Below are positions 50,400 through 59,975 of a stretch of 64,000 bases of DNA, in pieces. The position numbers and the translations under genes were made by a program. The DNA comes from an uncultured Bacteroidales bacterium (GTDB lineage Bacteria > Bacteroidota > Bacteroidia > Bacteroidales > VadinHA17): contig CAWHED010000005.1 of assembly GCA_963828395.1 (NCBI GenBank), forward strand, positions 9,290 through 73,289, in the 5' to 3' direction. Numbering within the stretch: the first letter of the stretch is position 1; each line of letters starts with the position of its first letter. The notes beneath the pieces were generated by a model that worked only from the letters and a program-made list of their open reading frames with translations, did not search any database and was not told where the DNA came from.

Positions 50400-53300
50400 A
50401 TGAGTGAACCGATCCTGAAAGCATTAATACAGTTATTTGCCCTGATAAGCGATGTTCATGATGACAGGGAGATTTCAAGCAGGGGCAGGGACATTGTGAG
50501 ACTGTTCCTGGCCAGGCATCTGAGCAATGAGCAGGTTCTGAAATACATGGAGATGTTTGATGAGTACATCAGAATCTACCACCCTGATAACCTCTCGAAG
50601 GGAAGCATTCAGGACAGGAAACGCACATCACTCACAGCAATGAGGATCCTGGCCATATGCGAAAAGATTAACGAGGAACTTCAGCAAAAACAAAAAATCT
50701 ATGTGATGGTCCAGATGATGGACTTCATTTCGTTCAGTGCCGATATCACCGAGAAAGAACTGGATTTTCTTGAGACGGTTGCGACCGCTTTTAACATACA
50801 CAAGACAGAATACGATGACCTCAGATGCTTTATCCTTGAACCCGTAAGACGAAAAGTGAGAAAAGACAGACTCATGGTTGTTGACAATAATAATGAGTTT
50901 GACAGGAAGGGCATCAAATATCTTTTCAATGAGAATTTGAAGGGCAGGATACTTTTCCTCCATATCGTCAGCACAAATACTTTCATACTGCGTTATTCAG
51001 GCAAGCAGGATCTTTTTCTTAACGGCCAGAATATCTTCCCCGGGCAGACTTATGTTTTTGACCACGGATCATCAATAAGAGGATCACTCACGGATACGAT
51101 CTATTATAATGATGTAGCTGGAGTGTTCACGGGGGAAGCTTTCAAGCTTAAAATATCGCTCGACGCCAGGGATATCAGCCTCAGGTTCAAAGACAGCGAA
51201 AACGGACTGCAAAAGCTCAGCATTCATGAGGATTCCGGAAAGCTTGTCGGCATACTGGGAGGCAGCGGTGTTGGAAAATCAACCCTGCTTAATGTCCTCA
51301 ACGGGATGACAAAACCGGATAGCGGCGAAGTCCTGATTAACGGTTATAACCTTTATTCCCCGGAAGGGAAGGAAAAGCTTAAAGGCGTCATCGGCTATGT
51401 GCCTCAGGACGATCTGCTGTTCGAGGACCTGACCGTGTTCCAGAACCTGTACTACAATGCAAAAATGTGTCTTGATAACCTTGGCGAAACAGGCATAGTG
51501 GAAGCGGTGGACAGAATACTTGTTGATTTCGACCTTGATGTCATAAGAGATCTTAAGGTAGGCAACCCGCTGAATAAGATCATAAGCGGGGGACAGCGCA
51601 AAAGACTGAATATTGCACTGGAACTTATCCGGGAACCGACGATACTCATTGTTGACGAGCCCACATCAGGACTGTCATCGGTTGATGCCGAGGCGGTAAT
51701 GAATATGCTGAAGGAGCAGACCTACAAAGGCAGGCTGGTGATAATAACCATTCATCAGCCGGGCTCTGACATTTACAAGATGTTTGACAGGATAATGATC
51801 ATGGACAAAGGTGGATATATGATCTACTACGGTAATCCCACCGAGGCTGTCATCTGGTTCAAGACAAGGGCAAATCATGCCAATGCCTTTGAAGATCAGT
51901 GTATTGCATGTGGCAATGTGAATACTGACCAGCTCCTGCAGATCATAGAAGCAAAGGTAGTCAACGAATATGGAAAACCTACGCATATCAGAAGGGTTAC
52001 CCCTGCGGAATGGGCTGAAAGCTTTAAGCCGGAGGCTGAAAAAATCAGTCATAAAAGCAGCCTTGCTGAGGAACCTTTACCTGAAAACGACTATTCCATC
52101 CCGGGCCTTTTCAGGCAATCTGTGATATTTTTTATCCGTGACTTCCTGTCGAAGCTTGCAGACAGGCAGTATATCCTCATAAGCCTTCTCGGAGCGCCCC
52201 TGCTGGCACTGCTTCTTGCTTATTTTACCAGGGACACATCAGGTAATACCTATAATTTCAGCGAAAATGAGAACCTGCCCGCCTATATCTTCATGTGCGT
52301 GATCACTGCCTCTTTTATGGGACTGATAATCAGCGCCGAGGAAATAGTAAAAGACCGCAAAATACTTAAAAGAGAATCATTCCTTAACCTCAGCTGGTTC
52401 AGTTACCTGAATTCTAAAATACTCCTGATGTTCATGATTTCAGCCATCCAGACCATATCTTTTATCCTGATAGGCAACTTTATTCTGGGCATCAGGGGCA
52501 TGACCCTTACATACTGGATAGTATTATTCAGTACATCCTGCCTTGCCAATATGATCGGGCTGACCATTTCCTCAGCATTTAATTCAGTTGTTACAATATA
52601 TATTCTCATACCGTTCATTATCATACCCCAGCTGTTGTTCAGCGGCGTGATGGTAAAGTACGACAGCCTCCATACAGCTGAACGTTACACTAACGAGTAC
52701 GTTCCTGTAATAGGTGATCTGATGCCTGCCCGCTGGTCATTCGAGGCACTTGCTGTCGAACAGTACAAGAGCAACAGGTACGAAAAGAACTTCTTCGGGT
52801 ATGATATGGAGATCAGCCAGAATAACTGGTATGCCTCATTCCTTATTGAAGCCCTGAAGAAAGACCTGTGGCTGTGCCGTCAGTACAAAGACAGCATCAG
52901 ATATCGTGACATCATTATGGGCAAATTCAGAAAACTGACCACCTATACCCGGCAACTTTCAGGTCTGGCAGGTTTTGGCCCGCCTCCTGACGGGCTGATG
53001 GCTTCGCTGAACATAATCGGATTTAATACTGCCGTTGCTGATTTGGAAGAAAAATACCTTGACAGCCTGGCGCGGCAGTTTTTAATTATCAGAAAGAAAA
53101 ACATTGATCTGAAAGAATCAGTTGAAAAATCACTTGTGCAAAAATTGGGCAAGGAGGAATTTCAGGATCTGAAAGACGAATATGCCAACAAAAAGCTCAG
53201 GGAGATCGTTCTGGACGAGTTTAACCAGAAGAAAACTATCGAGACAGCTGATAAAATTGTCCAGAGATATGAGCCTGTTTATATGAAGCCTGTCTCCCGG

Positions 53301-53486
53301 AATGGCCGTGCGCATTTTTATGCGCCGTACAAGCAACTTGGAGAAAAGAGGATTGAAACTTTATGGTTTAATATTATTGTTTTATGGTTAGCCTCGCTTC
53401 TGTTATATATTGCATTGTATTATAAGCTTATACAGAAAGCAGTCGGTTTCAGGTTTCACTTCAGGGTAAAAAAGGCTTTGAAATAA
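50400..53486 (+). CDS. ABC transporter with fused ATPase and ABC-2 permease, plus helical and FHA-like N-terminal domains
   Basis: 1028 aa with Walker A GGSGVGKST, signature ISGGQRKRLNIALEL and Walker B ILIVDEPTSGLS, followed by about six TM segments. About 270 residues precede the ATPase, including LFLHIVSTNTFILRYSGKQDLFLNGQNI. Confidence 0.85.
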   Translation: MSEPILKALIQLFALISDVHDDREISSRGRDIVRLFLARHLSNEQVLKYMEMFDEYIRIYHPDNLSKGSIQDRKRTSLTAMRILAICEKINEELQQKQKIYVMVQMMDFISFSADITEKELDFLETVATAFNIHKTEYDDLRCFILEPVRRKVRKDRLMVVDNNNEFDRKGIKYLFNENLKGRILFLHIVSTNTFILRYSGKQDLFLNGQNIFPGQTYVFDHGSSIRGSLTDTIYYNDVAGVFTGEAFKLKISLDARDISLRFKDSENGLQKLSIHEDSGKLVGILGGSGVGKSTLLNVLNGMTKPDSGEVLINGYNLYSPEGKEKLKGVIGYVPQDDLLFEDLTVFQNLYYNAKMCLDNLGETGIVEAVDRILVDFDLDVIRDLKVGNPLNKIISGGQRKRLNIALELIREPTILIVDEPTSGLSSVDAEAVMNMLKEQTYKGRLVIITIHQPGSDIYKMFDRIMIMDKGGYMIYYGNPTEAVIWFKTRANHANAFEDQCIACGNVNTDQLLQIIEAKVVNEYGKPTHIRRVTPAEWAESFKPEAEKISHKSSLAEEPLPENDYSIPGLFRQSVIFFIRDFLSKLADRQYILISLLGAPLLALLLAYFTRDTSGNTYNFSENENLPAYIFMCVITASFMGLIISAEEIVKDRKILKRESFLNLSWFSYLNSKILLMFMISAIQTISFILIGNFILGIRGMTLTYWIVLFSTSCLANMIGLTISSAFNSVVTIYILIPFIIIPQLLFSGVMVKYDSLHTAERYTNEYVPVIGDLMPARWSFEALAVEQYKSNRYEKNFFGYDMEISQNNWYASFLIEALKKDLWLCRQYKDSIRYRDIIMGKFRKLTTYTRQLSGLAGFGPPPDGLMASLNIIGFNTAVADLEEKYLDSLARQFLIIRKKNIDLKESVEKSLVQKLGKEEFQDLKDEYANKKLREIVLDEFNQKKTIETADKIVQRYEPVYMKPVSRNGRAHFYAPYKQLGEKRIETLWFNIIVLWLASLLLYIALYYKLIQKAVGFRFHFRVKKALK

Positions 53487-53514
53487 TCTTTTTGGGCACG
53501 TGCATCACAGGCGA

Positions 53515-53793
53515 ATGGGAGAGAAGCTGCTATATAAGATCAGGGTCACCGGTCAGGTTCAGGGAGTGGGATTCCGGTGGAAGGCAGCACATGAGGCCTG
53601 GAAACTGGGGATCACGGGATTTGTGAAAAACATGTCCGACGGCAGCGTCTACATAGAAGCTGAAGGATACGCAGATCAGCTGAATAACTACGTTGATTGG
53701 TGCAAAATAGGGCCGGGCATAGGATTCGTCGATTCAGTTGAATTTGACATTTTCCCGCCTGTAGATTTTACAGAATTCAGGATTGAGCATTAA
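53515..53793 (+). CDS. acylphosphatase
   Basis: YKIRVTGQVQGVGFRWKAAHEAWKLGITGFVKNMSDGSVYIEAEG. Confidence 0.88.
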   Translation: MGEKLLYKIRVTGQVQGVGFRWKAAHEAWKLGITGFVKNMSDGSVYIEAEGYADQLNNYVDWCKIGPGIGFVDSVEFDIFPPVDFTEFRIEH

Positions 53794-53961
53794 TCATTGT
53801 AACAGGATTTCCATTCGATCTTAACAATACCTGATGCCCAACGGGTAAAGTTTTTATTACACAATGATTATCTATGGCTCTATGTTGAAATTGGAGGATT
53901 TTGGTCTATCCTACATAATCTTCATTACCGTGTGGCGGGTAAGGTATTATAATGCAATGCA

Positions 53962-54975
53962 TTAGTTCTCAGGGTGGTTGAACATATATCTCAGATTTGA
54001 AAAGAAATAATTCCCCACTATCCAGTCTTTGTATTTCTCCGGCATAGGGACCTTACCAATATCTTCAATGCTGTTTCCGGCATCTTTCATTTCCTTTACT
54101 ATCCTCTCAATATCTTCAACATAATCCCTGGTTAATTTGATTATTTCTGGCCCTCCCGGGTCTCCGTGCCCCGGCACGACTATCCGGGGTTTCATCTGCT
54201 CCAGCTCTGTCAGTTTAGCCTTAAGCTCTTCAGTATACCCATACCCCAGGTACGGATGACCCTGGTTGAACACCAGGTCTCCGGCAAACAATATACCTTC
54301 TCCGGGCAGGTACATGATCAGGTCACTCTCCGTATGGCCTGCCCCTTTATCAATCAGGCTGACTTTTATCTTGCTTCCGTCTAAACTCATTTCATTTTCG
54401 ACATAAGTGTCAGGTACCCTGGTTTTAATTTTCAGATGGCTTTGTGATAACTCTTCAAAATATGGTTTCATCAGTCTTATTGTCATATATTCTGATGAAG
54501 CAGTGTCCCCTGTAAAAGCCTTATCTAATGAATCATAGTATTCATACATATCTTTTGCATAAATTTTTTCTCCGGCAATAGCTTTTGGTTCCTCCTCCCT
54601 TATCAGTTCAGCGGTTTTTTTTGTCGAAATGATTTTCACATCAGAAGAGAAGCACTGGTTCCCTCTCACATGATCATTGTCGAAATGGCTGTTGATTACA
54701 TATTTAATCGGCGACAGCTTCATCTGCTCCACTGCCCCGATCAGTTCTTCTGCCGCATCAGGTGACAGGAAGGTGTCAAAGATTATTGTTGCTTCTCCGT
54801 TATCGACTATTCCGGAATTACCTATTGCCTTTCCCCCGGGCTTATTTATACATGCATAAACGCCATCAGCAAGTTTTGTCACACTGAAATTTGCCGTCGA
54901 AAAATCCTTGTTATCGCTTCCTGAGCATCCTGACACCAGCCATGCTATCAGGACAACAAATAATTTGTTCTTCAT
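53962..54975 (-). CDS. MBL-fold metallo-hydrolase lipoprotein
   Basis: The lipobox is LVSGCS. It has INSHFDNDHVRGN (an HxHxDH-like motif) and VVPGHGDPG. Confidence 0.8.
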   Translation of the reverse strand: MKNKLFVVLIAWLVSGCSGSDNKDFSTANFSVTKLADGVYACINKPGGKAIGNSGIVDNGEATIIFDTFLSPDAAEELIGAVEQMKLSPIKYVINSHFDNDHVRGNQCFSSDVKIISTKKTAELIREEEPKAIAGEKIYAKDMYEYYDSLDKAFTGDTASSEYMTIRLMKPYFEELSQSHLKIKTRVPDTYVENEMSLDGSKIKVSLIDKGAGHTESDLIMYLPGEGILFAGDLVFNQGHPYLGYGYTEELKAKLTELEQMKPRIVVPGHGDPGGPEIIKLTRDYVEDIERIVKEMKDAGNSIEDIGKVPMPEKYKDWIVGNYFFSNLRYMFNHPEN

Positions 54976-55275
54976 TAGTTTATGCTATATTATCTGTTCA
55001 CTATGATAAAATTACGAAAGACCATAAGGCAAGTCAAATAAAAGATGGGTAAAGTACCTTTTGACCGAAATCACCAAAAACGATACATTTGTCAACAGTC
55101 AGCATATATGCATCAAAAATTATTTGTTTCCGGCTTTCTCCGTCAATACTTTCGCTTCGTGGAAATGACCGGCTGATATTGGTATAAAATTTGATGGAAC
55201 ATATTACCGGTCGTGGCCTAAAAGGCGAAATTAAGTTATAACCAATGGATTCAAGAGCTGCAGGAAACAACTCAA

Positions 55276-55860
55276 ATGTTATTAAGAAGTCAAACTATTA
55301 AGGGCACTTACCCGAAGAGTAAATCTTCAAGGGAGGACCACCTTAATCGTCTTTTTGATGAGCTCTCTGATGCTGCGCGCGAGGATTTAATTGAATATCT
55401 TGACCGGATGGGTCTGATAAATGAGGGAGGCCTGCTGGTCATTCCTTCGACCCGTCATTATTTCTATGATGCCGAAGATATGAAAGGCATCAAAACCGTG
55501 GTGAACCTCAGGCAGCTTAACCACGTCAGGGAGGTAAGGGAATTCCTCAGGAATATTGTCGATCTGCTACCTGTCAAAAGCAACTTTGTCGGATGCTTTG
55601 TCGACAACAAGATCCAGAATGGTTTTTCAGATAAATACAGCAATCTGCCACGGGAGATCTCTGAAAAGGCAGAAGCCTGGGAGAATGGCATTGAATCAAG
55701 GATACCTTTCATAAACAGGATGTACAGCTTCATAGATTCCAGAACCAACAGGTACCTGACAAAAAGAGCTGCAACTCATCTGCTTGAGGAATGCGGCCTT
55801 CAGATTATAGGTATGACCGAGCTGAACGGACTGACCTATTTCTGGACTCAGAAACTCTGA
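55276..55860 (+). CDS. hypothetical protein
   Basis: 194-aa ORF with no motif I can name. The sequence looks like coding sequence and the ORF fills the intergenic gap. Confidence 0.5.
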   Translation: MLLRSQTIKGTYPKSKSSREDHLNRLFDELSDAAREDLIEYLDRMGLINEGGLLVIPSTRHYFYDAEDMKGIKTVVNLRQLNHVREVREFLRNIVDLLPVKSNFVGCFVDNKIQNGFSDKYSNLPREISEKAEAWENGIESRIPFINRMYSFIDSRTNRYLTKRAATHLLEECGLQIIGMTELNGLTYFWTQKL

Positions 55861-56070
55861 CCAACCGTATAGTACCCGGACTTATATCCAAAGGACTTTC
55901 CGTTTTAATTTAAGCAGCGAAGGGAGAAATTAAACCTCCGGCCTTTTGGCATGAACTAAATGAGCACTTGAAAAAAATCAGGATTATAAAGTTTCTGATA
56001 CTTAATGTTTGTATCCTTTGCATTTAAAATGCATTTACTTTTGATATATCCTTATAACCTCATTAAACAA

Positions 56071-57258
56071 ATGGAAAAAACAAACCGGATCATCTCGATT
56101 GACATAATGCGGGGACTTACGCTGTTCCTGATGCTTTTTGTAAACGACTTATTTGTACCAGGTGTTCCTCATTGGATGGTACATACTGCTGCTGATTACG
56201 ATGGGATGGGTCTGGCCGACTGGGTCTTCCCGGGATTTTTATTTATGGTTGGCCTTTCAATTCAATATGCCATTGACTCACGGAAACAAAAGGGGCAATC
56301 AAAAAGGCAGATCTTCGGGCATGTTGTTCTCAGGACATTGAGTTTGCTGCTCATAGGTGTATTAATGCTTAATTCCGGCAGACTTAATCCGGAGTTAAGC
56401 GGAATAAGTGAAAATCTGTGGGCTATCTTTATGTATGTTTCAGTATTCCTGATCTGGAACAATTACCCGGCAAACGAAAAATTGAAAAAACTTTTTATCG
56501 GATTAAAAATTCTTGGTATAGCAGGCCTTGCACTGTTAGCTTTGGTTTTCAGGGCCGGGGAACCCGGAAATATCTCCTGGTTCGAGACAGGCTGGTGGGG
56601 TATTCTGGGACTGATCGGATGGGGATACCTCGTTGCGGCATCTGTCAACCTGTTAATCGGGCAGAAGCTATGGCCGACCATTGCTGTCTGGTTGTTTTTC
56701 GTTCTGATGAATATTCTGTCATCGCTTGGTTTAACGGATTTTCTTGATTTCATAAAACCGGTGTTCGGAGTAATTATCAATGGCGATACGCCGTCAGTTG
56801 TTTTATCAGGCCTGGTTATAAGCATAATCCTGAAAAAGAGTGAACTCGGACCAGTAAAGAAAGTCGGAATAATTATACTGATAGGTATTTTTTCCCTTTT
56901 AATCGGGTTCTTCCTGCGTCACTGGTTTATAATCTCAAAAATTCAGGGTACTCCAAGCTGGACTATGATATGTAACGGAATAAGTATGATCGTGTTTTCC
57001 CTTTTGTACTTCATAATGGACATTCATAAGAAGGTAAAATGGGCCAGTATTTTTAAGCCTGCCGGGCAAAACTCGCTTACTACATACCTTGCTCCGGATA
57101 TTATTTATTATGTCGTTTGGGGGCTTAGCCTGCCTTTATTCTTCTACAAGCAGGATGTCAGCCAGTGGATGGCAGTTCTTGGTTCTGTCGCATGGGCCCT
57201 GGCAATGGTCGGCTTTGCAGCTTTGCTTGCAAAAATAAATATAAGGCTGAAACTTTAA
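56071..57258 (+). CDS. DUF5009 / heparan-alpha-glucosaminide N-acetyltransferase-like membrane acyltransferase
   Basis: It starts MEKTNRIISIDIMRGLTLFLMLFVNDL and is polytopic, with about 10 TM segments. Confidence 0.7.
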   Translation: MEKTNRIISIDIMRGLTLFLMLFVNDLFVPGVPHWMVHTAADYDGMGLADWVFPGFLFMVGLSIQYAIDSRKQKGQSKRQIFGHVVLRTLSLLLIGVLMLNSGRLNPELSGISENLWAIFMYVSVFLIWNNYPANEKLKKLFIGLKILGIAGLALLALVFRAGEPGNISWFETGWWGILGLIGWGYLVAASVNLLIGQKLWPTIAVWLFFVLMNILSSLGLTDFLDFIKPVFGVIINGDTPSVVLSGLVISIILKKSELGPVKKVGIIILIGIFSLLIGFFLRHWFIISKIQGTPSWTMICNGISMIVFSLLYFIMDIHKKVKWASIFKPAGQNSLTTYLAPDIIYYVVWGLSLPLFFYKQDVSQWMAVLGSVAWALAMVGFAALLAKINIRLKL

Positions 57259-57330
57259 TTTTCATAAAAGCCAGGGCGACGGGTAATCTCGTTCTTCTTA
57301 TACAAAGGTTGAGAAGCAGAGTATTGCAGT

Positions 57331-57364
57331 AAAAAAAGGTACCCGGCAATTTGCCGGGTACCTT
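57331..57364 (-). terminator. intrinsic terminator closing the SusC/SusD/SusE-like operon
   Basis: The 12-bp palindrome GGTACCCGGCAA/TTGCCGGGTACC is followed on the minus strand by U7. Confidence 0.8.
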
Positions 57365-57407
57365 AGAATTATCTGATCTGACAGATTCCTTTTATTATAC
57401 AGCAGGT

Positions 57408-58214
57408 TTAAACACCCAAATCCAGCCGGATGCCCTCAGGATGAGAAACATAAAGCATCAGGCGATCAGATGTGAATTCCTTGATTTCGAAAACTCCTAT
57501 CATTGCTGGCATCCACCTTCCGAACCCAGAATGTTGGCGTCACCTTTTATTGTAAGTTTGGTAAAATCGGCATTGAATGCACCATGTACTTCCGGTCACA
57601 GGATCTGCAGTCAGGTGATTCATAATAGGTAAAGTTGGCACCGCCATCCAGGTCAAATACCATCTCTGCCTGAAACGTCTGCGGGGGGGCAACATTCACC
57701 ACCTGCATTCCACCAAAATTCCTGCCAGTTATGATCAGCTACCATGTACCACCATAGTCTTCCATCTCCTCCTTCACCGTCGAACACCCATGTCTTCCCT
57801 TCGAGGTTTGCTCCTACAAGCTTATAGTAAGCCTCCGGAAGGGCATGATCAAGCTGGGTGATTGTCACATCAATGCTCTTCGATGGATAACTGATGTTAT
57901 TGATATCGCCGTTTTCAAGGTACGGAGTGGTTACATGAAATGTAAAAGTACTTGTCCCCGGAATAGGGTAAATAACGTCTACCCTGTCTGAAAACTTCTT
58001 ATCAATCACATAATCCCAATAGCCGGCAATTCCCGGTGTGTTCATCTGAATTGACAGTTCATTACCGCCTGTAGTCGACTGCACAACTGTAAGCTCGATA
58101 TTATTCGGATCAAAGCTGTTTGTGAGAACATCTCTTTTCTCAATCGGTTCGCATGCCGCGAGGAGTATGGTCAGCGCACCGACGATCAAACTTATTCCTT
58201 TATATCATTTTCAT
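57408..58214 (-). pseudogene. SusE/F-like surface lipoprotein downstream of SusD, heavily frameshifted
   Basis: The lipoprotein start is MKMI-KGISLIVGALTILLAAC. ORF 57653..58189 carries the core. The continuation MVFDLDGGANFTYYESPD / LTADPVTGST / GAFNADFTKLTIKGDANILGSEGG / GVFEIKEFTSDRLMLYVSHPEGIRLDLGV is spread over all three frames down to the TAA at 57408. Confidence 0.65.
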
Positions 58215-58247
58215 ATCTGTATGGATTTAATATTATTAGTTTACCTG

Positions 58248-59966
58248 TTACCATCCGGGGTTCTGTACATAGACACCGTTCGAGAGGCGGATTTCAGATT
58301 CCGGAATCGGAAGAAGTCCCTTTATTATAACGGGGTAAGAAACGGTGTAAACACCGGCAACCCCTGAATTCATTACATCGCAGGGAGTGGAGAAGAAGTT
58401 CTTGTCAGGGTTTTCAACATCGCCCCACCTTACAAGGTCGAACCATCTGAGGCCCTCGAATGCAAATTCATAAAGTCTCTCCTTCTTCAGGTTGTCAATT
58501 GAGTATGTCACAGGTGTGAGACCAGCCCTGGCTCTTACTTCGTTAAGACCCGTTGCTGTCTCTGTAAGTTCAGAATGCATAAGGAGCACATCAGCGTACC
58601 TGAGGTAGAAGAAGTCCTGTGCTCCCCACAGCATCATATCGTTATTCGACCAGTCGTAGATATACGCGAACATACCTTTTATTCCTTCAGCGCCATCGTG
58701 CTGCAGACAAGTATATTTCTTATTGAACAGCCCGGTTTCATGATCTCCCTTGTTTGATTGATAATCGCCAGTACCCTGTTCCGGTTTGCCCATTTCAAGC
58801 ACTGATGCGATTTTTCTTGGGTCGTCGTCTGGCCATCCATTGAATAATGCCGGGTGTACCGTTCCAAGGCCCCAGCCTTCTCCAAACGGGATCATTGAAT
58901 TACTCCTTATTCCGAAGTAGAGGGAAGCGCGGTTTACGAATTTTTCTCCTTCATTCCAATCCCAGCTCCCGAATGCATACCTCAGCGCAAACATAACCTC
59001 TTTATTTCCAGTCCCAGTTTCGGAGTTAGGACCATCCTGGCCAACCCATTCAAGGCCTTCAGTATCAGCCCATGGCAGTACAACTTCGCCGGCACTCGTA
59101 TTTACATAAGAATATGGCCACAGATTCCTGAAGTCGGGAGTAAGTTCGTACCCGCTGCTTGCAATCACATCATTGAGCGCGGCTATTGCATCATCCTTTG
59201 TCAGTGCAGAGCCGTCGGGAAGAGGCACTTCTGTTGTTGCCTGCTTCTCGATGTTTGTCATATAACCTGTATAGAACAGGTATATACGGGCTATATAAGC
59301 TTTTGCCACCCAAATGTTTGTATGGCCGTATTCTGCAAGCGGAACAGCCATGGGATCTATTTCCGGCATGGTTTCTGCTGCCATCATAAAGTCAGAAGCA
59401 ATCTGTCCGAAAGTCTCGGTAAAGGTGCTACGGGGAACATCACGCGGTGAATCCGTTCTGGGTATGATCGGCATGCCTCCGAAGAACCTTGCAGCCCTGT
59501 ACATGAAGAAACCCCTCATGAAATATGCCTCGCCAAGAGCGGTGTTTTTGAAGTTAGTGGCTTCCTCTGTTGTATAGAAGAAGCTTGTATAGTCGGCATC
59601 TGTTACGGCCTCAATAATAGCGTTTGCTCTATATACACCATTATAGGTCTGCTTCCAGAGATCATTGTAGGTATCCTCTGTTGGGTCAGTAAAATTATCA
59701 ACATTCTTGCCTGCAACATCATCCGGACCACCGCCACCAAGCATATAGTCGCTCAGAAGGTTTGCAGTAACATCTTCCTCGCTGAGTACTCCGGAGACAT
59801 AGAGAGCATTGTAAACACCTCCCATAGCTTCAGTGATATCAGTCGGCGTTTTGTAGAAGTTTCCAAGATCCTTCTGATACAGGTTTCGTGTATCGAGAAA
59901 ATCTTCACAACTGCATACAAGGATGGCAGTTATGGCAACTATAATAAAAAATGTCCTTTTCATCAT
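58248..59966 (-). CDS. RagB/SusD-family nutrient uptake outer membrane lipoprotein
   Basis: 572 aa with lipobox ILVCSC. It sits immediately downstream of SusC and has the typical SusD N-terminal segment FLDTRNLYQKDLGNFY. Confidence 0.9.
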   Translation of the reverse strand: MMKRTFFIIVAITAILVCSCEDFLDTRNLYQKDLGNFYKTPTDITEAMGGVYNALYVSGVLSEEDVTANLLSDYMLGGGGPDDVAGKNVDNFTDPTEDTYNDLWKQTYNGVYRANAIIEAVTDADYTSFFYTTEEATNFKNTALGEAYFMRGFFMYRAARFFGGMPIIPRTDSPRDVPRSTFTETFGQIASDFMMAAETMPEIDPMAVPLAEYGHTNIWVAKAYIARIYLFYTGYMTNIEKQATTEVPLPDGSALTKDDAIAALNDVIASSGYELTPDFRNLWPYSYVNTSAGEVVLPWADTEGLEWVGQDGPNSETGTGNKEVMFALRYAFGSWDWNEGEKFVNRASLYFGIRSNSMIPFGEGWGLGTVHPALFNGWPDDDPRKIASVLEMGKPEQGTGDYQSNKGDHETGLFNKKYTCLQHDGAEGIKGMFAYIYDWSNNDMMLWGAQDFFYLRYADVLLMHSELTETATGLNEVRARAGLTPVTYSIDNLKKERLYEFAFEGLRWFDLVRWGDVENPDKNFFSTPCDVMNSGVAGVYTVSYPVIIKGLLPIPESEIRLSNGVYVQNPGW

Positions 59967-59975
59967 CTACTTTAA

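Noticed and set aside
55034-55270. A 78-aa minus-strand ORF in the divergent gap between the MBL gene and the 194-aa gene.
   Set aside because: It has no motif and an odd composition, and it occupies what is probably the promoter region for both neighbours.
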